From NCBI GenBank assembly GCA_965235115.1, contig OZ249436.1, positions 33,852,001-33,916,000 of the forward strand: a stretch of 64,000 bases of DNA. The letters run 5' to 3'. The stretch's first letter is position 1, and every line of letters starts with the position of its first letter. The stretch is from Laetmonice hystrix (taxonomy: Eukaryota). The position numbers were made by a program, and so were the translations under genes. A model generated the notes under the pieces. It made no database searches. It was given only the letters and a program-made list of their open reading frames with translations, and was not told the DNA's origin. Positions 12,101-24,100 of the stretch are shown here, piece after piece.

Positions 12101-15100
12101 CAACATCTTGGACTTCTTATCGGCAGCAGGCAGTGGCCGACCGGGCCCCACCTAGAGTCTGCTTTAGCTCTGGTGATCGCCCAACTCCACTCATTCTGTT
12201 AGGACTAGGCTGGGAAGCAGAGGGTTAGGAGGGGCCCTAAGCATGCTAAGTGGTCTATTGGCGTGTGAACACTGAAACACTGTACCCTGATGCTAAATCG
12301 TTGTGTCTAGGTCGTGGAGCAGGAGGAGAGGTTGTTTATATACGGACGTCTTTGAAAGTTTGCTTCTGTTAGATTTAGTTGCTTTGTTGAGATTTGGTTG
12401 GCAGGGCCTGGGAATATATGTAGTGATTGTAAAAAGTGGTGGCTTGGAATCTAACCCTCTGAGGTGAAGATGCTGCTGTTACAGGAGCAGGAGTGCCGAT
12501 GGTTGTTATGATCGCCAGACATTACTTTAATCAGGGAGGAAACTGTAAAAAGATACCTGTGAAAAATTATGATCATATTATTATTGCCTGGTTGTATTTT
12601 TCACAGCTTGATGCTGTCATTTTTCGAGTTTGTGTTTTCCTGGATCCTGCGAATTCTATTCGTTATTGGTGCAGTGGCAAGGCAGACGATATACTACCTG
12701 GGCCCCTGAACGTCTCTAAGATAGATATTTGTAATCTTCTGTCATAATTATTTAAACAAGTGACACATATTTCAATTTTCAGTGTCACTAAAAAAAGAAA
12801 AGATGTTTTCATTGCTCACAGAAATAGACTTTGGCTGGGAATGGACCGTGAGAAGGAGGCATTGATTCACAGATTGTCGTGTTCAGGTAGTAGCAGGTTG
12901 TTTGGTCGCGGATTGTGAGTCACGTTCTGGCGCCTCTGTTCACTCCACCATGGGAAGTAGGATGTATGTAAGCTTGGCAACTTTCTATAACAGAGGAACT
13001 GTTGGGTGGCACAATGTGTGCTCAGCGTAACCCATACTGTTCCCATCTTGAGGGCCTTCCCCTTCTGGCTAAATATTGTACGTTTCTCATTCAGTGCTGG
13101 TACTGTGGTAGGAAACGCTGTAGAGACCGTACATACAATGCCTTCAGGTGCATACTGTTACATGTAACATGTTTGGTTGGAATGTTTTGTGTTGGTGACA
13201 ATATTTGAAATGCTTGTGGCTTTGGAAGTGTTTAGTTTAACACTCGGGAAATTGTGTTGGATTTTGCCTGTAGGCTAAATATATCACCAATTTGTCATGC
13301 AATTTCTCCTTTTCGAAGCCTTTTGGGTTTCGTTTTGATTAATTTATATAGGGAAGCGATGATTTGTAAAGACAGGCAGCGAGCAGCATTGTAAACTTCA
13401 AAGCTGTGATTTTAATGAATTTTCTTATTGCACCAGAGGACATATCAACTTCAAGTCTAAATGCATGTAGAACACAAGAAGGGAGAAAAAGATCTTCATT
13501 GATCAAAAGAGAAAACATTAGAGCTCTTTCAATTTCATTAGTGACAGGTTTGCAAAATAGCATTCTGTTGAGGTTATTTATGGCTTAATTACCTCCACCA
13601 ACGAAGTTGGAAGGAGGTCATGTTTTTATCCCAGCTTGTTTGTTCGTTGGTTTGTCTGTTTGCAAGATTAGCTCAAAAAGTTACAAACGGATATATACAA
13701 ATGTATTCATGAAACTTTCAGCAGGGATGTGCCCGTGCCGGGCGGGCCCGCCCGGCACCGAATTTAGCCGCCCGGCACAAAACTGAAAAAGTTCAAGTGC
13801 AGCCCGGCAGGAACTTCTCATACCGTCTCTTGTTCATTACCAAGGCGCTAACCAAACAGCCCCCACCCGCACCCCTTGCCAACTGAAAACCTTGCGCCTT
13901 TGGCTTTCGAGCTAGCGCAAATCTACTGCCCAGCACTCAATATTTTCTGGGCACATCCCTGTTTCAGGTATGATAGGTCTCGTGCCAGGGAACAATCAAT
14001 TAGATTTTTGGGAAGATCAGTATGATTTCCTGGATTCAGGATCATTTGCCATTTCTTCTCCAATTGTGAGATAGGCTTGGCGGAGGTATGCGCTCTACTG
14101 AATGCCCACTAGATTTAATAGTCTTTTACCTATCCGGTGGAAGCAATAGTTAATGTAAATTCAGATATTTAAAGAGGGTTCGATTCCCTTGCCATTAAGT
14201 ACATAGAAAGGTGCCTGCCCTGACTGGTTAGAGTCTGAGCAGCTTGCTCTACTCATATAAATGTGACAAGTGGCCCAGCGATTGAGTTTCAGTTCAATAT
14301 CCGTACGTTTACACAGTCCAACACTGATTGACACACTCGTGATCAATAACGCTACCAGCAGGTGGTTGTGTAAGGGTCATTATCGACAAGCTGTGCGGCA
14401 AAGATAGCGCAAGTGTACATTGATTGAGTATCGTATTGATCGTACTATGGGTACTTTGGAAAGAAAATAATTTGAAGAGGAATAGTTTTTTCTGACTGAT
14501 TTATTGTCCTAAGGGTTTTATTGATTTAGCAGGGCTTAAAAATGTGGGTACATGTACATGGAGATTTCGTTTAGGTCACTTGTGCCTTTATATCAGTACT
14601 GTGTTGCACCACATAGCAATCATTGAATTAAATTGAATTTGAATTGAATTTCTGAATTGATCTGAATAAAATTTACAAAAATGTCACAAACTTTAGAAGA
14701 CTCCAAAGCTATAAAGGTGAATTGGGTCGTGTTGTTTTTGGAGGTCTGTTTTTGAGACTTGATGTTTTCAGCCAGTCCTGTATAGATCTTTAAACAGAAT
14801 AATTTATTTATTTTTGGTAACATTAATAAATAAAGCTGGGGCTTTTAATTATCTGGTCTCCTGAAAATCATACAAATTGTGACCTTTTTGATATTAAATG
14901 ACCCACATGGCCAAAGGATTGACAGCCTTCCCCGAATGTCAGCACGATCTAGAGCCCTGGAAAAAGTAGTTGCTGGAAATCTGGGCCTTCATCCGTGCTT
15001 CCAAGCAGAAGGTTCCCCCCAAGAATGTACGAGGAGAGGATGTCGAGCTTTGTTTGTGTCAAATGGTGCCTAATGTGTGGCTTCCTTTCATCGCCATGGT

Positions 15101-18100
15101 GGTTTCCTCATCTGTTTCTCTACCATAATTATTTATGCCATATTGAGTGGAAGGAATGGAACAAATTTGATCCACTGGCTGAGCATGCCTTCTCTTTAGA
15201 AGTGTATGTTGTTTAAAAAAATATTATAATGAGGGCATAAAAGAAAGTTCTAAGCAATTAAATTTATGAGTACTTTTGGGAAATCTTTACTTCATCTTAT
15301 ACAATTGTGGTTTAAAAGGTCTCTTTATGCTAGGAACCATAGCTGCTCTATAAGTCTGGCTCCTAGCCGCAGACAGAGATCTAAGCTCCCCGTGACTTCC
15401 TTGGTTGAGTAACTGCATGTGGACAGGGGGACTCAACTGAGAGTACCTGGCTGGTGGAGAAATCTATGATCGGTAAGCAGTACACTGTACAATGGTGCGT
15501 GGGTGGGAGTTTGGCCAGGTTGGTTGATGGGACAGTAAACAAGCCAAACTGGCGTGGCACAGTCGCCCCCTGTAGGCAATGTACTTACGGCCGGTGTGGT
15601 TCCAACGGTTCGTGCAGAGAGAGATCTGGGGGGGGGCAAGAAAAACGTCCCTCAGTTTGGTGGGTCTGCTCGGTTTCTCTTGGCGGTGTAGGTTTTCCAG
15701 CGGTTGACATTAACCCATGTAGATCCACAGGCCAGCAGGGCCAACTGTGCTACATACCCTAAGATTGGCCCCTTACCGCGGATTCACAGGGTATTTATAT
15801 ACTCATTTGAAAAACATTACGGTGTTGAGATAAAAATTTCTTATGGGCAATAGGTCTGGATTGTACTGCTTTGTATTGGCAGCCTCGAATTGTACTTAGA
15901 TAATCGAAAATTTGTGGACACAGGATAAGCAAGTATAAATGACAATCTAAAGGGTTTCAATAGCAAGTTGAGCAAATTGTGCTGTTATGGAAACGAATGT
16001 TCACGATTCTTATTTATTTTTACTTAAACACTTCACACTATTCGTCACACGTATGCATGATATAAGCCATATTTTTATTTTTAAACCTATGAGATCAGCA
16101 TAATCATATCAAGATAAGCATTTACTCAGCTGTTTATCCATTATTGCCATGATACCGTACTTTGAAGTGTCCCTGTCAAAAAAGAATCGTACTTAATCAT
16201 CATTATATTTATAACAAATTGGTGAACCAAGTGCCAGCTGGTTTCTGATTTACTTGTGAAAGCTAAGCGAAGCCATACATAAATGTAGTTAGTATCCTAG
16301 CTAAGCTTAGCTTGTCTTGCCTACTTAAGACAGCTTAGTTTAAAACTCGCCTGGTACTTTATGTTAGATAACCTTAGTCGGTGAGCTGCTACCAATGGGA
16401 AAGGGTGTGAAAGAGGGTTGTTGACTTTATTAGGATTTAGAAGTCATTGTTTTCTAACTCTGATGCCATATGTCAGCATCTTGTATCATGGGCTAAACAA
16501 TAGGGATTGTTGGCTGGCTCCAACCTAACATGGATGTTTTATTGGCATGGCAGCTTCGATTAACCTGAGAAAATACAGGACTCCTTTCACAATTCTGGAC
16601 ATTTAGACTACTGAGAAGAGAATTATGTCACACATAGGTTACAAAAGGAAATGTGACAAAGCCAGTGAGCGACGGTTCTGCATTTTGAACTTAGAAGGAA
16701 AATGAGATACCATTTTGCTGGTTTCATCGAATAAAGTTAAAACTAACCGAGGATTAAGCAAACCTATAGATCCTTGACTATGTAAGGCCAGGCATGATTT
16801 AGATTATTTCTATGTCATGTTGTGCAATCTGATGGAGTAGGACAGGGGCAGATAACGGGAGGTATGCAGTCTAACTCCCCCATTTAAACTACACACAGCT
16901 GACGGTCCAATACCCAGGGGGAAGCTGGCATGCAGCTGACTGAAGGAACTCACACAGTAAATATAGCAGCCAGTCTCTGTTTGTGGCTGCTCAGTGGGCC
17001 GGCTGCTTCCAATCAATGGAGAGTATAGAAGGGCAGCTGTCACTGGGATATCTCTGATCCACCCCAGTCAGCTTACCGCCAAAGGTGGTTACATTTATTA
17101 CAAGTGAGATAAATCAGTCAAAGATTTTAACTTCAATGGAGATTTGTATCTTGGGTGGCATCCTGGAAATGGGGACAACTGCGGCATTTGGGCGTGACCG
17201 TGTTCCTGGCTGTTGAGGTCATGGAGACCCTGAAAGGGTCTTGCCAGGTTATAGCTATAGGAGTTGTGATGAGTAAATAAAACACACTGATGGACATATG
17301 GGTAATGTAATGCTGAGTTCTAAGAAATCTTGTTACAATGGGTGGGAAGATATATTTTAATACATGGCAGGCAGGGGTTATATAAGATCTGTGGTAATGA
17401 CAGAGGAATTCACGAGTTTTTGGTTCTTCTCTGAGTCTGACGTACTCAATCGAAAAACCTCTATGGTCGTGCTGTTGCGGTTAGAGGCTCTTGGATTTGA
17501 TCTAGGTTCTGGGGCAAATTTGTAAAATCGGGAAATGGAACATTGTTGGGTCAGGTTGGTGTTGAGTGACAGGCTCAACTCAGGTTTTTTCATCTGCTCT
17601 AAGGCAGCCATAAAAAATGCAGTAACTGTGAAGATAAAAAGTGATTTTCCAAAGTAAACATTATTCTTGGAATTATTTCCAGATTTTATTTAGGTCACCG
17701 AGGAAAGACCTCTGAATTTGCCGCAACAGATCGAGGAATATCCACTGGTAGACTATATGAAAGGAATGTCTGGTTATTGGCAGAGGGCGTGTAGGCTACT
17801 GACTGACCTGACCCCAATTCTAAGGTTCAGTTCCGGTCAGTACCTAATATTGGATGTACATTAACAAGCTGGCCAGAGTAATGGCGGTGTATAGGATGGT
17901 AGCCCCCCTTACTCCCACCCCCACCCACATGTAGAAGTGTATACCATTTGTTTTGATGACACCATATAGCCCTTATGATGTATACTTCCTGGTGTGTGGG
18001 GGTGACCTTATTTTCTAGGTCCGCATTCTGAGCAAGGCCTATGGTGCTGAGAGAATTGTATGGATGATGGAACTCTTAGCACTGCACTGTTGTTAACTAC

Positions 18101-21100
18101 AGCTGCCTTTCTCTACCTTTCCGCTGTGAGATTCTGCCAGGTTATTTATAGCCACGCCAGTCTTTCTCTACGTCTTTGATTCCATGATGTTCAAACTGCC
18201 GTTTCACTTCTTAGTTCGATATGAAGCCTGACTGTTACAACTGTCGCATCTGTTGAGAAATTCAAACCCATGCAAAAACATAGAAAGTGCTGCTAGAAGC
18301 ACAGGCTTACTTGTAGGAATTACTCATCAGTGGTTCTTCTAAAGACTTCTTAACACCTCACTGTCTTAGGAAACTTCCATAGATAAGTACAATCCGCTTA
18401 CCAAATTGCCTTTTAGGAATTCTTAAATTGGTAAAACAAATTAAAGTTGGTGACTCAGTGTGATGGATGGGATGCACAAAGATGACACACATGTCAAGTG
18501 AACGCCCTAAAGAGGTCAGCTCGCCACCAAGTTTGATCTTCCAATTAGCCTCATCTCTTTTGAATAATTAGCAATAGTGGGTAATTAACTGCTCAGAGCC
18601 GATACTAATTCCACAGGACAAACTTAACTAAAGTCACTCGGCGTGTGAATATGGGTCACAATGACGAATGTATGCAGTACATAAAAACTTGCTTCAAACA
18701 GGCTACAAAAACTTGGATTGAATTTATAATGTTTTTGTAGCATCGGAAGGGCGTACTGGTACTAAGATGATCCAATTTATATGGTTAGCTTTGAATTGCC
18801 GCCTTTATGAAGCTTTTTAACAAATATCATGTTTGTCCCTGAGCTTTAAAAAGACCCTCTTCTGCTCCTTTGATAAACCCTATTAGGACATTGTACATGC
18901 GCCGAAGAACCATACTATTGGCAAAGTACAGAACACAGTTGAAAATATCTGGGGATATTGGAACTGAAAATAAAGTTTACTTTAAAAAACGTCTTGAATC
19001 TTTTTTCTTTTGGTTAGAGTAAAATTGAAAATGCAGTGGTCAAAGTAAAAGGCCTACTAAAGAAGTCATTCCCCCTGATTTTCACACTTTAAAGTTCTTT
19101 TAGAGAATGAAGAGATTATTTGTCTGGGGACCAGTTGAAATGGGCTTCTGTATCACTTCCGAATTTACCAATTCTTTGTCAGATGTGTCCACCTTGAGAT
19201 CAGATAGGAAAAAGCTACTAATTTCATTTGAATTTGGCTAAAGCCGACCTCACACAGGGTAAGTTTCTCTATGCTATGATGTATCGTATCGCAGACTACC
19301 TCGTACTGTGCAAAAGTCGTGCACATATAGCAGCCTTAACAATTGCCTCACGTGTCAGGGCAAAGCTTTAAACGAGTTCAAAATGTTTCAGTCGTGCTAC
19401 ATTATGTCGTGCTACATTGTGTAGCGGTAGCAGCAGCAGTAGCCGCCGCCGTCGTGTAGAGAGTTGTTAATATACTGATGGTGGGCCCAGTTGTGTGAGT
19501 GTGACCCTGAGTGCTGCTGCTGCTGCCAGCCAGGTGTGCCAGTGAGGAGGAGCCTTTTTATAGGCAGCCAGGTGGGACCCAGTTGGTTTCAACTTGGGCC
19601 CATACTCAGCAGGAATAATTGTACACTGAGAAGGCCAGTGGAAATCAATTTGCGAGTAACTTTAAAGTAATAAATAGGAATATTTTAAAATGATTTTTTT
19701 TTCATTTTTCTTCCATTGTTTATTGAGGTAAAAAGGGTGGTGGTATTGAAGTGGGGAATTATCTGGTGAGTGCTTTCTGGTGAGTGTTCTGAATGAAGTA
19801 CAGGTGACCCAGGGAGGTTTTGGTGGGTGGGAGAGCAGCCAGTCGGAGGACGTACGGGGAGGTCTGCGTAGTTTTCAGCAGGTCTTGTCGAGCTGTCCAG
19901 GCTGCTCTCGGTTACTGACAGTTAAGTTCTCTTTTATCATCATTTTAAACGTAGTTCCCTGCGGTATAATTCTTGTGTATTTTTGGACAGCACGCCACCT
20001 AGAGGCCACCTTCCTTCGGAAGTCTCCAATGTCAGGGTTTAGGGTGAAAAGGGTTCAAATCCACACTTATGTACACCCGTGGGTGTGACCCTGAAGGAAA
20101 AAATGCTGCCTGGCTGACCAGAGGACGGTTCTCAAAGAATGCCATTCCCTGTTAATATTATATTTCCAAACAACTCCTGCTGTACCACTTGTATCATACT
20201 GGAAGGAGCGTATCAGTATCATTTAATGTGAGGTATCCCACTACCTGTAAGAAGGTATAGTCTTGAATCAAACAGTGCTCAGACATATTCAGTCTGTCAG
20301 GGAAAAGAGAGAAAGATTGCAGACTTCCTCCTATATTTTACATGTTTAAGTGCTAAATAATATGTTGGAAATCAGTTTCAAGTCACTAAATGGAAATTAT
20401 ATCTTTCTGTAACAGTACGAACTACGAACTTGAGCCAGTTAGTATGTAATCATTCACATTTTAAAATGTATAGTGAAAATGCCCTTTGTAAAAAAAAAAC
20501 GAGTAAGCGCCTATAGATACCAGTGCTACAACATTATCCAGAACCCCAGTACTAGGGGTGGAACATATTGCGATACACAGACCTAAGTATCGTTGTATCG
20601 TAAACAAAAATCATTTTGAAGTTGGTCAAAATACACACAAATCAAAGCATTTTCCTCAGTACTTATTCTTTTTGATAGAGAAATCAATAATAAAACAACA
20701 TCTGTCGCAGCTACAATATGAATGTATACAAGAACTTTATAACATGTTTTTAAAAAGCAGAAATGAACAAACTTCTTTACTTTGTGTAACAAAATTGTAT
20801 CGTGAATCGTATTGCCTCTGTATCGCAATACTTATATCGCAATAATCATATCGCAAGAAAATGTATCGTTCTGCTCCTACCTAGTACGTGGTTCACTTTT
20901 AGTGTCAGTGCTGTGATTACCTTATAAGTTTAAGAGCTTTGTTAAATATTAATGTTGAGACTCACTGAAAGACTGTAAGATTCTTAGGCGCCTAAATCCT
21001 GATAAGCTAAAACCTAGAGGCTGCATCTAATGATGTTAAATGGACGAGCGGGGGTGGTTAAACTGACAGTTTCTAAAAATATCTGTCCTTCGCTGAAGTT

Positions 21101-24100
21101 GAAAGGTTTGGTTATCGTTCCTTCTTCCTTGTGCATCCATAAAACGCGCAGTCGGTTCGTTTTAAACACCCATCATGTCAAAGAAAGCGGCGCGTCAGCA
21201 ATATTATGTTTGCTACCTCCAGCATCAGGGGAGCTTCTAGAACAGAAGACCTGTTAACCCATTCTGTTCACTGTTATCTCACACTGGCAATTATCTCATG
21301 TCTGCAAAGTTAACTCGCCATCCCCATCCTCTTCGCCACCACAAAGAAATTAGTACAGTCATGTCAGAAGAGCAGTTTTAGTCACGTTTTACGTTTACTG
21401 TCTGCACAGTGAAGTAGTGAAATAGGTACGGTTACGTATTGGGCCGCTCTGATATAGAACGCTGGTAATTGCCTTTGACAGCGTTGCAAAGCTCATGTTG
21501 GAATTAAGATCTAGAATTAAATGTGAAACTGGTGTAGTGGTGAGTGTCTTGATGTTGCAAGTCATGAACCTACATCAGGATTAAGAACAGCATCTATTGG
21601 TCAGGAAATGCTACCGACACTCCGACAGTGTGCAACATACAGAACGTGACACTGACAAAGTGGAGGGTGTGCTTTCACATATTGAGATGGATGGTGGGGC
21701 GGCGCGGCCAATGTATTGCGGAGATTGATAGTGGCAAGATATCTGAAACTCTATCATTTTTAAGTAAGACGTTTAGGAAAGGCTACCCGCCAGAAAAAAA
21801 ATTTGTGGTATTATTGTCTGCTTGGATTTCAATCTATCGTCTTCATGAAATAGATCAAAATCTACCATGTAAAGGAATCGTACCCCCAGTACAGTAGGCA
21901 CCCTGGCAAGCCCCATCAGCAATTTGTGTTTCTAAAGTAAATCGATTAGTCAATCAAAATAAAACTAAACCATTCCTCAGCCCATTTTACCGAATGTTAG
22001 GAGAAATGATGGTAGAGGACCAGACTGTGGTTATGTTATTTGGCCCGTTTATGTGCTGGAACCCCAGAACTTCTCTGAACAGCCTGGAATTGTCCGCATT
22101 GTTGTGCTAGAAACGTCAAGGCCTCAGTAAACACAAAAAGAGAGCAACTGACCGCCTTTTGGAAGGTATTTACCTCAGAAGTGATACTTATACATGACAG
22201 ATGGCCGGCCTCCCGAAGGGTCCGGTTTGGCCCACCTGGATATAAGCTCCACACACACCTGGCCAGCCTGCCCCCATACACACACCCCAGTTCACCCTAG
22301 GCGTGCCTGGCTGTGGAGACCAGGAGAAGACATTTTTAGGATGTAGGCACGGGAGGACAAAACGCCCCACCCCACTCTGGGGCTCACCTTTCTCTAAAGA
22401 TTCTTCATATGTCAGCTACCCTGTCCTCAGATGTTCTGTCTGTCACCCCTAGAGAATCGATACTGAGTCAGAATTCTCATTTAGTTACGTCATATTAGCG
22501 CTCCGCAGTCCTCTAAAGCGTAGGCTATTCACAGGCAGTCTTTCTACCGTTAGGGAACAAAAAGAAATTGCAGCCAGAGGTGAAGTTCCGCCCACCCCTT
22601 CCACCCCACACTGTTGTCCTTTCACCTGAGGCCGTTTACTGAGAATAGAATGTCCGTGGTAGGCAGGTAATCATCTGGTGGTGCTTGCCCTAAGCCAAAG
22701 CCAGCTCACCTCGCTTCAACCTCATCAATCGTACAAAGTTTGCATTCAGCTACAAACTTAGATAGACTTAACCAGTACAAGCTTTATGTGGAAGATATTG
22801 AAATCAGAAATAATGCTGTAGATTTATGTGAGCCTACAGGTCGGGGGGTGCATTTACTTCGACGTCAGGGATATTGCTTAGAGTTTTGTTTCGAGAATCC
22901 GAAAGTTTTACTTGAACTCCTAGATCAGTGAAATTCCCTAAGTCTAAAATAAAATCACATGAGGCCAGATTTTGAATTTAAAGACGGACTATGATTCGTG
23001 AAATATATGTTTTGGTAACAGGAAACGTTTGTACTTAGCCAGCGTTATCAATTAATGCATATACAGGATGTTATCTCTGCCATTAGATTAATGTTTCTAG
23101 TAGGAACAATCTCTCCGTTACAAAACACGTTTAGGTCATTACATTTTGGTAAGGTACATTGGTTGGTACTCATAATAAATTATGTAGATTGCAATCAGAA
23201 CTTGAAATGTGACTTTTATTCTTTTCTCTTTCCAGGCATTCGGAAATGCAAAAACTGTCCACAATAATAACTCTAGTCGATTTGGGAAGTTCATTCAAGT
23301 CAACTACAGAGAAAATGGAATGGTTCATGGGTAAGTCTCACTTTTTCTATACTTTCTACAAATATGTAAGGTAACACAGCACTTTGGGCTTCCTTCACCA
23401 CTATGCCATGTGTTGTGAGATGGCATGCCTGGGCACAGGTTGAAATATTCTGTGGTGGGAGCCCCCTGCCAGTAGCCTGTCTTGTCAGTTTCAGAAGAGT
23501 TTGATCGGTTTTGATTTGTGGCCTGTTTCCTCGTGATTTCGACATGTGTCAAGTGACATGTTGCCGGTGTGCTGTTAGAATTCAAATGCATGCATTATGA
23601 TGATAAAGCTGCTAAGCTTTACGAGAGAGTGCATAAATGTGTGAATTCTCATTAATTTGGATCTACTTTTGTAATATGCAACTAATGGGCCTAATGCTGA
23701 GATTAAAAAGTAAGTGTTTCAGAAGGGTCGGTCTTAATGCTTGTGCTGGTGCATATGGGATAGAAGCAGTTATGCAGAAAGGAGAAAATGCGGAAAAGAT
23801 ATTTTTATGCCAACGCTAGTATTTTGCATAACAATAAGGGATTTGTGGCCTACATGACTGTGATTAATGGGTCTATAATGGCCAGAATAGCGCAGCTGGT
23901 TAGAGGTGGTTCTACACGCATGGAGCCAAGCCAGAGGCAGACACTAAAACGAATTTCACCGGATAGGTTCGTTGGTGAAGCTGTATCCAGGATTTTCTGT
24001 GGCCATGTTTGTGAAGGGAGCATTAATGTAATGTATTACAGTAAGTTAAACTACTTGGAACCGTATGTCATCAACTCAGCTGAAGCTCTCTCAGTGTAGG

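Noticed and set aside
14130-14195. GGGTTCGATTCCC B-box suggesting a tRNA
   Set aside because: No convincing A-box, D-arm or acceptor stem; at most a decayed SINE head.
20233-20240. GTATCC resembling a U12 donor
   Set aside because: Lacks the GTATCCTT consensus and any associated exon; all MYO9 introns traced have U2-type donors.
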